From the human T2T-CHM13v2.0 reference genome, Homo sapiens, in assembly GCF_009914755.1 (NCBI RefSeq), contig NC_060936.1: a stretch of 64,000 nucleotides of DNA; one strand, given 5' to 3'. Position 1 is the stretch's first letter. Each line of letters opens with the position of its first letter. Below the pieces are notes generated by a model that was not told where the DNA came from, made no database searches, and worked only from the letters and a program-made list of their open reading frames with translations. Below are positions 44,730 to 59,916 of this stretch, one piece after another. The position numbers were made by a program, and so were the translations under genes.

Positions 44730-45560
44730 TCATTATTCTCAACAAACACTTGAAGAACCTACTATGTACTACTGTTACATTGAATAATGAGGAAATCAGT
44801 GGTGAACAAATTAATTGAGATCCCTACCCTTACCAAGTTTATAAGTCTTATAGATTAGATTAAAACTAGCCATTCTATTGATATGAAATTATAGACTGTG
44901 AAAAAATGCTCTGGAGGAAAATGCAAGGTATGAGAGCATACACCAGGTAGACCCAATCATGTCTGGAATATCAGAAAATGTTCTCCCAGGGGAATGTCAA
45001 TTCACCTGATCTGAAAAGGATGAACTAGAGGTGAAGAATCTCCTAGCAGAAAACAAACAAACAAAAAACAAAACAAAAAAATCCCTCAATAGCCCTAAGC
45101 TGGGAAGGGAGTGCACCATGTGTGAGAAACTGAAGGAGGCCAGTGGGTCTGCTCTGCAGAAGGTGGGGGAGAAGGATAAGGGAGATCATATGGGGCCTTG
45201 CAGGCCAAGCCATAGATTTAGGTCCTCAGCACAATGAAAAGCCATTGATAGTTTTCCATTACGGAAGAGCTATGATCAGATGTGCAGGCTTAAAACCTCT
45301 GTCAGTACAGAACATTTACTGGAGCAGAGCAGCTGCTTGGAAAGACTCTTGACTGGGAGGATATTCCAGAATCCAGGCTTTCCTGGACTGGCCCAGGATG
45401 AATGGTGATGGAGATAAAGAGAAGCTGACAGATGAACAATATTTTAGGGGGCAAAATCAACCCAGGATATCAAAGATAAATGATAGGAAAGGTGACCATT
45501 GGTCTCTAACACAACAGGATGTCTGGTCGTATCATTTGTGTAATAAGCAAGTTTGGATGG
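44730..45560 (-). mobile_element. L2 relic
   Basis: ttctcaacaaacacttgaagaacctactatg ... aaactgaaggaggccagtg ... ggggccttgcaggcca. Confidence 0.7.
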
Positions 45561-45991
45561 GTAGAGAAGAGTTCAGTTTGGCCGCAGATAATCTAAAGGG
45601 CGGAGCAGTACATTTTTATTTTAATGATTAAATTTGTGCGACTGGTATCATGAAATAAGAGGCCCAATCAAGGATGCTTAAATCAAACTGGGGATGAGAG
45701 GGGAGATTCTTTGACTTTTTGGCATTTTTTATTTGTTTCCTTCTAGTAACTTAAAAAAAGCTAATATAAAACAATGTGTGTGTATTTTAACTAAGTTTAA
45801 AATTTTAAAACCTCGTTAATGAAGTCACAAGATTTTAGGGGTGGAAAAGATCACAGAAATTGTATAGAGTTGACAAACTTTGTCCCCCCAAAGCTTATGA
45901 CTGGACCCAAATGTGTAAATGAAAATGTCAGAAATCAGCCAGATTCATAGAGATCACTGCAGCAGTGGCAGCAATGCTTTGTGCAATATCA

Positions 45992-46335
<344 letters not shown>

Positions 46336-48325
46336 GTTTAATATGCCACGATACCTTTCCTTAGATCATTTTATAAGATTATTACATTGATATTTTAAAA
46401 ACAAACTGTTTATTGTTCCTAATTAAATGTTTTCTGTTCAAAGGCAAACAAAACTGTTCATTATGAAAAGTATTCATCACTGGTATGAGTTCAAAGATTT
46501 TAAATTCAGGGTTTGACACAGAGGTGAATGGTAAGAGGCTTATCTATTTCTGGGGAAAAATTACTTATTTCCAGACACAAAAAGATCCAATATAAATAAT
46601 TCCCTTTTACGAAACAGAAATCCCTGGCTGTGCTAAGATTTTTCTAGAAATTTAGAATAGTTTAGTACTCCTAAGAATAAAATGTCTGATTTAGGCATTT
46701 CACTTTGAGCATTTTTTTAAAAAATAGAAAGATGCAATTGGTCAAAATCCAGCCCAATTTATTCTTTGTGGATTTAAAAACATTCAAAAGGATAAAAAAG
46801 GGGAGATATTTCACATAAAAGTGGACATTTTTATTAAACAGCATTAATATCAGATTTTCTGCAGAATATAAACAAGATAGCAAACTTGAAAAACTGAGCA
46901 AAATTGGATATTACCAATATAGCATAAAATAATCCCTTAAGTATTTATAATCAATCTAGACTCCAGTGAAAGGAAACACAGAGATCAAAGTTAAATGAAG
47001 CAATGATTAGGGACATAAAGGAAGGAAAGAGAGAGGTGCAGGGATGGTAGGTAGGGAACCAGCACATCTGGCTTTAGTAAAGAGATGAATATAGTGAGTT
47101 ATTTTTTGTCTGACTGACCATTATGCCACAGAAACATGCAAATGCTTTTCTGGTTTCTTTCTTTGCAGATTCCATAGCACCTTTGTTTCTCTCTGTTCCT
47201 CCTCCTTCCTCTCTCTCTCTTTCTCTCTTGGTGGCCATTAACTACACTGACAGTTTGACAGGCTGAAATAACGAAATAAAACACTTAAACATTGTTTCCT
47301 GATGTATGCATTCATCTCTTCTGCCAAACACAGATATTGAGGAGATACTTCACTCCTCCTGTCAGCTCACTAAATTACACCCCAGCTCGCAGGCAACACC
47401 ATGCACAGGCCTCTCAGTCTCAGCGCACCTCAGTTCCTACCAGAAGAATATGCAAGGACTTCATTCTTTTCACCCAAATCTTTCCTTAATACTGAATTTT
47501 CATCAACAAATTGGTGTTTTCTGTAAAAGCTGATTATTTTCCCATTTTTAAAAAAACCTCTGAATGTAATTTTATTTTGTAGGATTTCCAATTACTTGGA
47601 CTTAAGTAATGGCAAATGAATACTAAACCATCGGTTACATGTTATATCTTTCTATTAACCAATGAAGAGTTTTGACTTTTTAAAACTAGACACTGACCAT
47701 CCCAAACATTAACCCTTTTGACAGATCCAGTGGCAGAGAAAAAACGCTGATCATGACACCCCAATGTGTACCATGAATAATAGATGCTTCTTTCATTCTT
47801 ACTTGCACATGGCAAATAAAGTCAGACTTCTATAGAGCAAACTTTGAATGTCTTACAAATAATAATTTCTTCCAGAGAAGTTTGGTGTGGATTACATTTT
47901 GAGAGACTAATAGATAAGTGGGGCATGGTGGGGAGAAATAATGACTTTCATTGGGTTATTTATCTTCCTGTACCGCCATTAACATGAAGGAGGAGAAATT
48001 TCGAGGTGAAATATTTAAGAATTTTTTTTAAGACAAGAGAAACAAGACTTTAGGACCTCTTCCTTGCTGCATGCCTTCAACAGCATTTATTTAGTGCCTA
48101 CCAGATGCAGTGCACGAGTATAGGTTCTGTGCAAAGATGGGAAGGAGAATCACGCATGTATCCTGCCTGCCTCCTCAGAATCCTGCAGTGATGAAGACGC
48201 CATCATCACAAGGAATTAGAATGCAAAGCAGGAGGTTCCAACGGAAGCACAGGGAAAATGCTACAGAAATTAAAAGGAGATAAGACTACCTACCCCACCA
48301 ACCACAATGGAAACTGTACGCCTCA

Positions 48326-48636
48326 GCCAGGCTCGGTGGCTCACACCTGTAATCCTAGCACTTTGGGAGGCCGAGGCGGGTGGATTGCCTGAGCTCAGGA
48401 GTTCATGACCATCCTGGGCAACACGGTGAAACTCCATTTCTACTAAAACACAAAATCTTAGCTGGGCGTGGTGGCGTGGGCCTGTAATCCCAGCTACTCT
48501 GGAGGGTGACAAGAGAATTGCTTGAACCTGGGAGGCGGAGGTTGCAGTGAGGGTAGATTGTGCGACTGCACTCCAGCCTGGGTGACAGAGCGAGACTCCA
48601 TCTCAAAAAAAAAAAAAAGAAAGAAGAAAAAAGAAA
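48326..48636 (+). mobile_element. AluS
   Basis: Full dimer; TSD gaaactgtacgcctcag / gaaattgtatgcctcag. Confidence 0.95.
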
Positions 48637-48699
48637 GCCTATTGAAATTGTATGCCTCAGTTTAGCCAAAACACCAAACAAATTTTCTATATTTTAAGA

Positions 48700-48865
48700 C
48701 TTACATACTTTATTACAATCCCTTGTTTTGGGTTACCTACCTCCTTTGTCTGCCTATAAAATCCATGCCTTGTCTACTTTGTTCATTACCATATTTTCAA
48801 GACTGGCACAGTGTGTGGCACGTAACGGGCATCCAATAAATATTTGTTGAATGGATGAGTGAACT
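48700..48865 (+). mobile_element. L2 3' end
   Basis: ggcacagtgtgtggcacgtaacgggcatccaataaatatttgttgaatggatga. Confidence 0.75.
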
Positions 48866-49141
48866 ATTTTGTGATAATAAGAAGCAACTGAATCTGATTC
48901 TCTACAGGATGGTTTTCTGAGTTTCTTACTATCTTATTGAAAATCACCAATAAAACAGATGGGAGGTTTGTGTAAAAATGTGGGACACCTCAATAATTAT
49001 AGATACTACATTTAATTAGCAAAATTGCTAAAACATAGCCAGGATCGAATGACTATTTTTATATAAAATTGAGGATTTCCTTTTACCAATAAGAAGCCTT
49101 CTTTGCAATCCAATAATCATTAGTGATTACAGTATTAATCA

Positions 49142-49441
<300 letters not shown>

Positions 49442-52089
49442 TTATCAATAAAAGTGGAAGGTTACTACAGCAAGGATTACAAAGCAATAAATGGCAAGCA
49501 TAGGTCATTAATCAAATCCACTTGAAGAACAGTTAAACCAGATAAAGTTAATTACCTTTACATTCAACTATTTGCTATCTAAATCATTTTGCTTCGTCAA
49601 ACATTATCTAAAATAATATTTGTTACTATTTATTAAGCATTTATTTATAGACACTCTGGATAGTATTACATACATGCTTCTTCACTAAAGTCTCACGTTT
49701 ACCTTAGAAAGGAGGTATATATCTATCCCCACTTCTCAGATAAAGAAAGTGAGGCATCAAAATTGTATCCTGGAAATTGAGGAATCCAAGTCCACCATGC
49801 TTTGAACCCCAGAAACATTTCTACTCCAACTATTCCATGCTTATCAGTACATAATGCAGTGACTACGTTTGCTTTGGCTTGAAATTCTCATATATTTCAA
49901 AAGGAAATTCTTCTTGGTAGTAGGGACAACTTTAAATTGAGCTTTTTCAAGTCAGTATAATGTGCAAAATACAAACTTAGTTACCTGAGTTGAAAACTAT
50001 ATCACATTATCCCATGAAAGAAGTCTTAAGCGATCTGATTCAAAATATCATTTTGATTATGGTGCAGAGGATTACTCATGAAGTTAAGGCTGGGTGAGGG
50101 CCTTGATGCTCCGGTCTTGCCGTTATCTGATGGATGAGTTAGGACACACACCACAGGATAATTTTGACTAATTTATCTACAGGCATCTTGCTCTTGCTTT
50201 CTCCCACTGTTCTCTCAAATGTCTTGGCAACATAATACCTTTTGAAATGTTTACAAGGGGCACTAAAGAAAATGGGCATGGAGGAAGAAGTTGTTCTTCT
50301 TGCTCCCCCTTAGCCATACTTTTGGGAAGAGATCTGAATAATTCAGACTCCAAAAACTGTACTCTTTCTATTGCAACATACTGCATTCCAATAATTTCTG
50401 CTGGTTTTAAGAAGTCAACAGAAACCCTGCTTTTGCATGCTCTCGTGCTCTTTTCTAAATTTAATTAATACATATTTTATCAAGGGATAAGGAAGAAGGC
50501 TAAGATTTTTTGTCATCAGCTTCTAAGACATCCAAATGATTCTAGACATACCCTACCTACTCTTGACCTGCAAAGACATTTGAATAGCCTTGAAAACAAA
50601 AAAGCTGTCTCTTTTCACCACACTTACATCATTCCCCAATTCTGGATTTAAAAATAGAATCTTCACTCACAACAACTAGATTTTTAGCTTATAATATGGG
50701 GAATAAAGGTCATAGGGAGAAAATGAAGAGGATTAGTGGAATTGTATAGAGAAAGAAAAGGAAGAAAAGAAAAAGGATGGCAGGGACGGAGGGAAGGGAG
50801 AAGCTGAATAAAATAAGGGAAGGAGACAGAATCTTTTTGTTATCCACAGCCTTTGGTAAAGTTACTTAGAAGTTTGCTTTAAAACAAAATTGCCTCTTTC
50901 AGTACTCAGTGATATTTTATTTCTGTGTAACTTCCTCCTCAAATAGGTTAATTACAGAGGCAATTAGTCTAGCTACACACAGGATGTCACTATTCCCTTA
51001 TATAAATAGAACCAGCACACATGTTTCAGGCAGAGAAAAATATCTGTAAAGACCAAATTTCAAAATGTTATGGAATTCTGTGCAGTGAGATGCACTTTTG
51101 CCCAGTTTGGGTGAAATTTCGTGTTTTCATCATTCTTATTTGATGAATAGTCCTTATGTTTTATTATTCTCATGGAAATTCTTTATGTCAACTAGGAAAA
51201 TCAGCTCAAATTATCATAAAAAGTCCAAAAAGTAGAGGGATCATGGCACTAGGTAACTGAACAGGAGTAAGGCCTTGTTAGCAAGGCAAATAGATAGGAA
51301 AAGGAGAGCTAGAACTAAAAAAGCTAATCTTATTATTAGTTTAAGCAAATATTCTGACCTATGCAGCCTCGAGGTTTTTTGTCTGAGTACTTCATTTTAC
51401 ATATTGAAAGTGTGGAAATTAGTAACTACTGTAGTTCTGAGATCTTAGTGGTTCATAGCGCAAGAGGCTTTTAAAGTGAGCTGTTCTAAAAACTGGATAT
51501 ATGTATCCCTGGGTCGCAAGATCCAGACTGAGTGATACACATGGAATTCACAGGAAAACTTGTTAAATCACTAATAATGGCATCCATTTTCGCCTGAAAC
51601 CCCTAACTACTGATTATTGTTTATACATTTATCAAAACCAAAATGATAAAGTGCTCTTCAAAAGAATAAATTGCTATATCTAGTACTAAATACATATTCA
51701 TAGAGGGCACTCCGTCCTTCTTGATGGTAGCTACCCAGGATGACAAAATTGAAAGACGCTGATGACACACTAAACATCTATGGTTCATTAACTCGCTTGT
51801 TTACTGTGGTTACAGTGAAAGCAAGGTCTTAGGTCAGCTCCTCGTATCGACCAGCACATTCCTTTCTCTTCTGTGGCCATAGAATATTCCATGCAGTTTT
51901 GACTGGCTCTCTCAAAAAAAAGTTTGCCATTGGTCACACCATGGCCTGAGAGAGGAAATTACATGACCATTACAACAACAAAAACAATGCAGATCCCATT
52001 TCTTGCTCAGTGATGGCCCCAGTGCATTCTTCTCATACATGAAACACTGCATGTTGCTTATAAATCAACCTAGAAAAATGTATGCTCGA

Positions 52090-52310
52090 GCCCTGAGATT
52101 ACTCTGCCTGGGTGTGAATCCCGCCCCACCTCTTACTAGCTATTGAACCATGGCAAGTTATTCAATTTCTCTGTCTCCATTTCCTCAGCTGAAAAAGTGG
52201 GTATAATAATACTACCTGTTTCATGGGGTACTGTAGGAGGCTTAAATTATATAATACAAGCAAAGCCCAAGAACAATTCCTGGCACAAAGAAAGTCCTCA
52301 GTAAATGACA
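52090..52310 (+). mobile_element. MIRb-like
   Basis: ctgcctgggtgtgaatcccgccccacctcttactagct ... ttcctcagctgaaaaagtgggtataataatac. Confidence 0.8.
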
Positions 52311-52375
52311 GGTACTCTAAGTATTCTGCACTGAAACAAACAGTGAACCAACAGTGATGAGGCTTTTTCAGGTTT

Positions 52376-52443
52376 TGTGTGTGTGTGTGTGTGTGTGCGC
52401 ATGTGTGTGTGCGCATGCACGTGCGCACACGCACATGTGCATA
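52376..52443. repeat. (TG)n and alternating purine-pyrimidine tract with an internal palindrome
   Basis: Read directly. Confidence 0.9.
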
Positions 52444-52620
52444 AATATACAGGTCTTGCATTTAAATTTAAACCCCTATAAGAAAAAGTGGAATTTTAAA
52501 CGATGGTTAAAATTGACAGGACAAACTGAGCCCTGTAAAGACCTCCATCAGCACTAGAATCTCCCCATAGTCTAGCCTGTCTGGTACAGCAGTCTCTCTG
52601 GGATTTCAGTTCAGGCTTAC

Positions 52621-52756
52621 CTGAGTGTACAGCAGCAACAAGGTAGAATAGGCTTTCTTCTTCTACTCCAAGAGTCCAGAGCTACGCTGATGACACAGGG
52701 ATGGGCAGAGACTGGAGTGATCTCCCTTCCAGAAGATGAACAGTGCCACTGAGAAC
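52621..52756 (-). other. Weak candidate internal exon (136 nt)
   Basis: Near-consensus donor CTCAG|gtaagcc; acceptor ttatttag|GTT has a poor pyrimidine tract. Confidence 0.25.
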
Positions 52757-55271
52757 CTAAATAACTGTTTTATAAGAGATCATTGGCTTTACTGCTTCTG
52801 TGTGACCTTTCTGTCCTATTTCCTCTAGAGGGTTTGATGGTGGGTGGGTAAGTCAACTATGCAGCTAAGTCAGCTAGGCAAATAAGTGTTTTGACTACAG
52901 TGCCTACAAATATAGAGATATGTGCATATGTATATTCTTTCCCATGCATGCACCAGGATAGCTCCAGAGTATGACAATTAAAAGTACGTTACAGAAGTCA
53001 TAAGGGGCACATTTGGATATTTCCTTCAATATCACAGCCAAAAAAATAATGTTTGTTATTACAAGTCACACATACAGAGTGCTGAATTCAGTCCCATCAT
53101 CTTTTCACTTGGGGATTTCCTGCTAAGATTTAGTCCTTTTGTGCAAGACAGTAACCTCTAGGTTTTAAAATTACTGGTCTTGTATTTTCAGTCACCGTAA
53201 CAGCCTATTTGGACTGACTTCACGGGTAACCAGATCAATTGTGTAGACATTAATACTTAAGAGGGCGTGGGGAGAGGGAATCAACTGGAACACTCAGCCT
53301 ATAAAATGGACGATAAAATCACTATCAGAATAGACACTATAAACAAAATAGAATTCTTCACAGCCCAGTTCTCCCTTACACAAATTAGTGCATAGTACAA
53401 CTCAAATCAGCCCTGATGACAGGACTCTGTGATCAGGTAAGGAGTCGACACCAGGAAACTAATATTAACCTGGCTGGTCAGTTATAGGCGTGCTACCCTT
53501 TCCCCTCTAACTCAATACTTTAGATGAGTTTGATATTTAATAATTAGCTAGATATTTTATTCAGGGATTTTTCTCTCAAATTCTATAGGATCTCAGAAAG
53601 AAAATCACAGTGGGCTAAGAAACCACAGTGAAAAAAAAAAAAAAAAAAGGAGGGCTATTAGCATAACAGCATTATACATATAATAAAGTGTCTTGATCCA
53701 CCAGTAGAATTAAGTGATTTGCAAGACCCAATTCCTCAAATTCATCATTCACAGATACGTAAAAACATGTAATCAAATATTATTCCTATTACACACTATA
53801 TAAAAATATATGAAATATTTATTGATATTAAAACATTTATAATTATAGAGCTACTAACTTTATCCTTACTGTTATTTAAATAATGAAAATTCACCTGTGA
53901 AATAACATCTACTAAATTTTGATAAGTTGGTTTTACTCATGCTTTTTTCCTGTTTGCGCTGCTTTTTCCCCTTTTCTCTCTCACCAGACTCTTGGTTTTA
54001 CTGAGCAAAAAAAAATTAGTAATAATTTAGATTCATTTTTTGGCTACATATATTTAATAGTTTCGCCTTCCCCTCTGTCTCTTCTTTCTGCCATCACTTC
54101 TGGAACACAGCCAGAAGCCATGCTGGAGCGGTGCCAGCATGCCCTGTTCTTTTGCAATTTGATTGCCTCTGTATACATCTCAGTTAGGCTTACCTAAGTC
54201 ACCATTTACAATATTGAGTAGAAAGAGCAGGTTGAAATAGTCAGCATTTATAAGCCCACTGGTTACATGATACAAAATATATAGCCAAGTGTAGAATTTA
54301 TAGCAATAACATTTATGTATCATGTTACTCCTAGGACAATCTAATTTATAAAGTGCCTATTGTGTATACATAAGGAATAATCATAAATCATTTACATTAA
54401 ACAGTGTCAACTGTTTAACCCAACTTTCCCCCTAAATTCTACAGACTGAGATTAATGAGGATTTTTAAAGGAAGCACATGAAAAAAAAAAAAAGTCTGAT
54501 TCATCTTAGGTGAACAACATACCCATATATAGGAGCAGGTGTCTGTAGTATGATTTAGAATACCTATGGAACATCTCTGGAAAATATTAACTTCCTCTGA
54601 AGTAGAGAAATGTCCATGAAGGTGAGGTGGGAATGTGGCAAGAGCCCAAATCTGTCACCAACCTCAAGCTTTCTTTTATTTCCTTCCCAGGAAAGAATGG
54701 ATTTAAAACAAACAAACAGAAAACCTTCAGGCCCTATTGGATCAGTTGTCTGACATGTTTTCGTCGGCAGGCATTTTTAGAAAACCTGAGAAAGATTATT
54801 TAGATTAGATGCTTTGTCTCTTTGACTCCCAGTTAGAGAAAAATCCCAATCAGTGACCGAAGCTTTCAAGAGTCCTAAAGTGAAACTCAAAACATGTATG
54901 TGAATTTTCTCCCTCTGTTCACTCCTTAGCTCATGTCCTATTCAGAGGGGCAATTGTCTTTACTAATCTATGCTTTGGGGTTCTCAATGAAACTCATTCT
55001 GCTCCTTAAAAGCCCTTAAAATTAATAATAGGAAATGTTTTTACAATTCACATCTGTAAATGCATTTCGTCTTATCTGAAACTCACACCTACACAGCCAA
55101 ATTGGACATCACATAAGAAAAATATGGTTTGGATTTTTCTTACAGTATTTTGATGCTCTATCTTCTGTCCTTAGAAAGGACTACAAGAATGACATAATCT
55201 TCTTGCCTTAACCTACACCCTTAAAAATATCCATTGATTTGTGTCAGCCAAAACTGAACAACTTAACATTT

Positions 55272-55275
<4 letters not shown>

Positions 55276-55310
<35 letters not shown>
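55276..55310. repeat. (AT)n microsatellite
   Basis: Read directly. Confidence 0.97.
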
Positions 55311-55313
<3 letters not shown>

Positions 55314-56959
55314 GAATAAATTTGTTCTTTATTCTTTACATAAGTGAGAAATTCACTTTTCCTCCAAACTCTATTGATGACTGATACTACTATGGAGAGA
55401 ATCAATTCCCTAGCTAGGTTAAAATTAAAACTGGAACTGAAAATCAAAGGAAGGAATGCATAGCAAGAAAATCTGTAAATCACTTTTCTGAGAATGAACT
55501 ACCTGCTGTTTTCTACTCACAGAAAATTGACACTATGTAAACATATGTTGTAACCTAGAAAGGAGAACAAAACAAAATCTATACAAACACAGAATGATCA
55601 GAAATCCATGAACGTCTCAGTCGAAGCAAGAACTGGTGGCAAACAGAGGTTTGGGGAAAGAGTTTATTTTCTAAATAACATGTTAATCTTCATAATCAGA
55701 TACACAATGGCCTTTGTATAACTATTTTGAAAGCTGATCATCCCCCAAAATAGCTGTATTTCAGTGGCATTAATTGGTAGGGGAAAAATGATATATTTCT
55801 CCACAACTTGGGTATATTAAACTTGAGGAGCAGTAATGACTCATTTTTCTGGTTCAAAAGTTTATTCATTCATGACGAACAGTGCTAAATTCACAGGGTT
55901 TTCATTTGTGCAAAGAGACAAAAGGTGACACACTGTAACGTCTTTATTTAACATATTTATTCTTCAAAAATATCTGGTAAACAAGGAATTCTTTCCCATT
56001 TTTGAGTGATATTTTGAGTTGCTCAAGAGGAAAAACTGTTATGCTCAAGTGAAGCAACTTAAAACTCCAGGCTGACTCCTTCTTTCAAGAAAGTAAGGAA
56101 TCTATGTAACAATAAAGCATAATCATGACTTCCATCTTCCATCTCAGTGAGAGCTACTCTTGTCTTCACCTTGTTAAAAGGTTAATTTCTTCCCAATTGC
56201 ATAGAAAAATAAATGATCACCATGTAGGCATTTAGAAAGTACCCATGTTTTCCTATGATTGACCTATACCTTCTATCAATTCTGTCTAAATTACTCAATT
56301 AAAAATAATTATTAAGAAAATAAGTGACTTCATCAACATGTTCCAAAATAAAATATGGATAAGAAGAAAAAAAATCAGCTAATCTGCACAAAATTTGATA
56401 TAATTATTGAAAATGATTTTCTTTACAAATTAATAAATAGACTTGATTAATACTTTTTTAACTGAAGTTGAAGAGATCTGGGATACATATAGACACAGGC
56501 TTCTATAGCAATAAAAGCTATTGAATCAACATTAGGAAACTTCTTTTCCTAATATGTCTTTTTATGTTGCCAGTGTAAAGTGCTTACCTTAAATAAAAGA
56601 TTTTGCCTAGTTTTTTTAATACAAATACTAGCAAAGAAGCACCCCCAAGGCTGAACCACTCATTTCCACTTTAGTTAACAAAATGATGTAACTTGCTTTT
56701 ATTCTTAATTTGGTATTATCATTTAAACTACTTGTTACATATTATCCTCATTTTGCCTCTTTATTCAGGAAATAGTCCCAGTAACAACTCATTATCCTGG
56801 ATGGCTATGGGTATCAATGCTGTTTTTGTTTGTTCTAGAAGGCATCAATTCAATGTCACTATTCGAATTTCTTATCCTAGAACCCACAGATTGCTAGGAA
56901 ATCCGAAGGCTTCTAGAATGACATGCAAATTTTCATGTATATGTCCCCATTGTGATTTT

Positions 56960-57370
56960 TCTGGCAACAATCCATTCTTTCTTTGCTACCTAGCATTAAT
57001 GCAGCCTCTTTCAGTTAATAGTACCCTATTTCCTTCTGGGATACAAACCCAATGCCTAGTCCATGAAAATTACAAAGGTGATTCTGCTCTCTGCTCCAAG
57101 AGAGGGGCACAGGATTATTCAGTGATCTAATCAGAATGAATTAGGACAAAGACACTTTTGATAGGGCTTCTGGAAAAGGCATCTTCTCTTTTTCAGCTTG
57201 AAGCCTGAGAGGATGTTACAGTTGAAGCAATGCCCCGCCACCATCTTGCTACCAAATGAAGTCAGAGACTGAAGCTGTATTAGTGGAAACTGAGAGATGG
57301 AGAGAAATTGAATTCTGTTTACATTATTTTAATTCAGAAGTTAGATCTGTGCCTGGATTTTTCATATGTT
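56960..57370 (+). mobile_element. MLT1 (K/L-like) LTR relic
   Basis: ctaatcagaatgaa ... gccaccatcttgctacca ... gaaactgagagatggagagaaa. Confidence 0.6.
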
Positions 57371-59699
57371 AGTAAAGCACATGCACACACATTCATACCA
57401 TCCTATTCCATAATATTTGCATAGCTGACTCCTTCTTCAGTGTAACTATTACTGGCTTTCTTTGACCTTTCCTATCTAGTGTAAATTCCCCCCTGTACTC
57501 TGTACTCTTGACTGCAGTCCCTCCTACCTGTCTTTAATCTTATTACATATTATCAAAATCACATGCCGTATGATGTTCATTAATTTGGTACAGAGGAATT
57601 TTGTCAGTTTTCCAGTCCTTTTCAATTAAATTTACACAATGCAGGATTATTTTCTAGTGGAGAAAAAGACAGAGAGAAAGCAAATGGGTAGAGGAAGGAG
57701 AAAAGAAAAAAAAAGGAAGAAAAATAGGCTTTAAAAACTGACAGTTCAAATAGCCATGTAGTTAAGTTTCATTTAATGGTGAAACAAATTGAGATTTTGC
57801 TTAGACACATATAAGAAAATCCATTTTGCTTAAGTATCTTTAGCAGATATTAGTAGGAAATAATTTTTATGCATTCTGATCTCAATTACAACCAGACTTA
57901 GCTGACATAATTATGGGGCCCCTAAAAGTAACTGCTGAGGTTTGAAGCACTTGCCACTTCCTATGAGCTGGCTCTATAAATGCCAAGAGTGAGTATTTTA
58001 AATTAAATGAATAGATTAATAAACATCTTTGGAATATCCATCATTAAGGCTGATTTATGTTCTGTTGCCAGCAGTAATTCAAAGAAATGCCACGCTATTC
58101 AAAAAATATTGCATGTTGTCCTACCACTTTGCCAATGTTATGACACCACATAATTATGACAATATCTATATTCTTTTGCAATACTAACTATACACAAAAG
58201 CCAATAGATATTAAACCACTTTAAGTTTACATGGGCATCAGCATGGGAACAACTCATATTTATAACTCTGATGAATGGCCTTTCATTTGTAAATTTATAG
58301 TGTATCCATAATTTCTTAGGAAACCAAGAGGTTCATTCAAAAAATTGCCACAACATTTATCTATGCAAAGATGATGGATATGGTTTATGTAATTAAATGT
58401 TTTTAAAAATTAAAATCATATTGCCAAGAAAAGAGACATGTTCTTTCCTGGTTTCCTCATATTTTAAAATGATCAGAACCGCATTCTCAGCAGTTATGAT
58501 GTTCAATCTAAACAGTGTATTAACACTTATTAAATACATCCAAATACATCCTTGTTAGAGTTGTGTAGCATTTTCTTGAACTACTAGAAATTAAGTTCAA
58601 CTTAAATTTCTTATCTTATTTTCTAATTCTATTCCCCTACAATGAACTATAAAAGATAGAAAGCAGCATTAGAATATAATAGTTTTTGTTTATATTTACT
58701 GCATTTACTATATTTAGTTCTTCAGGACTACTCAAGGCATCCTGCATGGTTACTGTAAGAAAAAACTATTATAATTTTTATTATGACTCAAATAAAATAC
58801 ATATTTTGGCAAAAATCAACATTAATTAAGGAAGGAAAGATACATTTTATCCCAATATAGACTTTGCTCAATTGGAGGAACTGATGAAGTAGGAGAAGAT
58901 GAAAGATAGCAATTATCAATAAAGTAACCAATAAAAAGCAGAAGAGTCAATGTTTTATGTGTGAAGAAGAAATGTACATTGTTGCTAATGTGTGATGTGC
59001 TTTGGTGGCATTTCTAGTCTACTTTCATTTGCCTTCAAATACACACAAGTGTAGGAAGTACAGACATGTCTCAGTGGCTTTTTAAAATTTAATCTGCCCT
59101 ATTACTACAGAATCTACAAAAATTGAACCTGTTTTTTATTGATTTGGTTATATGAGAAACCATCTCCAAATTACCAACATTTTTTGGCATTAGTACATTC
59201 GGTAAAAGGAAAAATTGTGCCAAATACTTGCAAAATTTATTTGCCAAATTCTTTTTACATATTAGCTCTCTACACACTGCTTAACACAAGCATCATATTA
59301 AAAATAACAGAATAAACATTGTACATACCCCAGTAGGTCGCTAACTCCTTGTGGGCAGGAACATATTTTTCATCATCTTTGGGTCACCAATGGCCAGCAC
59401 AGCACCTGGGATATAACACACACCCCATAAATGAGTTTGCATTCATTAAATGGTACAGTGCTGATTGGATTCCATTTGGAAGGTATGAATTCAACGAAGT
59501 AACCATCCATATATCAACCTTCTTCCTGTATATCCTACATTATTAAAGGAGCACTGCACATTCTTATAAATCTAAATGACAACTTTATTCTAAAAACTCC
59601 ATTCTTGAGAATAATTGCTTCTAAATGGTTATTATATTACATATCATTATACTCTTTCAGTTTTGGTGGAAGCAACCCAGTGAAGTGTTTGAGATGTCC

Positions 59700-59885
59700 T
59701 TTGGAGTTAGGCCAACAGAGGTCCAAACCCTGGTTCCACCACACTATATATACAGTGTTGGATAAATTACTTAATCTTGCTAAATCCAGCTGTCTGTAAA
59801 GTAAGGGTAACTGTAGTGTCTTTCTAATAATGTTGTTCAAAGGTTTAAAGGAGACAACGCCTAGCATGCTGTCTGACACACAGTA
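59700..59885 (+). mobile_element. MIR
   Basis: ttggagttaggcc ... ccaaaccctggttccacc ... ttggataaattacttaatc. Confidence 0.65.
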
Positions 59886-59916
59886 TACCGTCTTCATCTT
59901 CCCCCTTCCCTCCTCA

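Noticed and set aside
50177-50456. Protein-like 69-aa minus-strand ORF near a weak acceptor
   Set aside because: No convincing pyrimidine tract or donor, and part of it resembles a MIR start (agaaagagtacagtttttggagtctga).
54185-56595. Minus-strand gtaag donor motifs near 54190 and 56585
   Set aside because: No well-placed acceptor was found, and such motifs occur often by chance.
56693-57130. 145-aa ORF
   Set aside because: Starts at TTG, has no domain and runs into an MLT1 relic.
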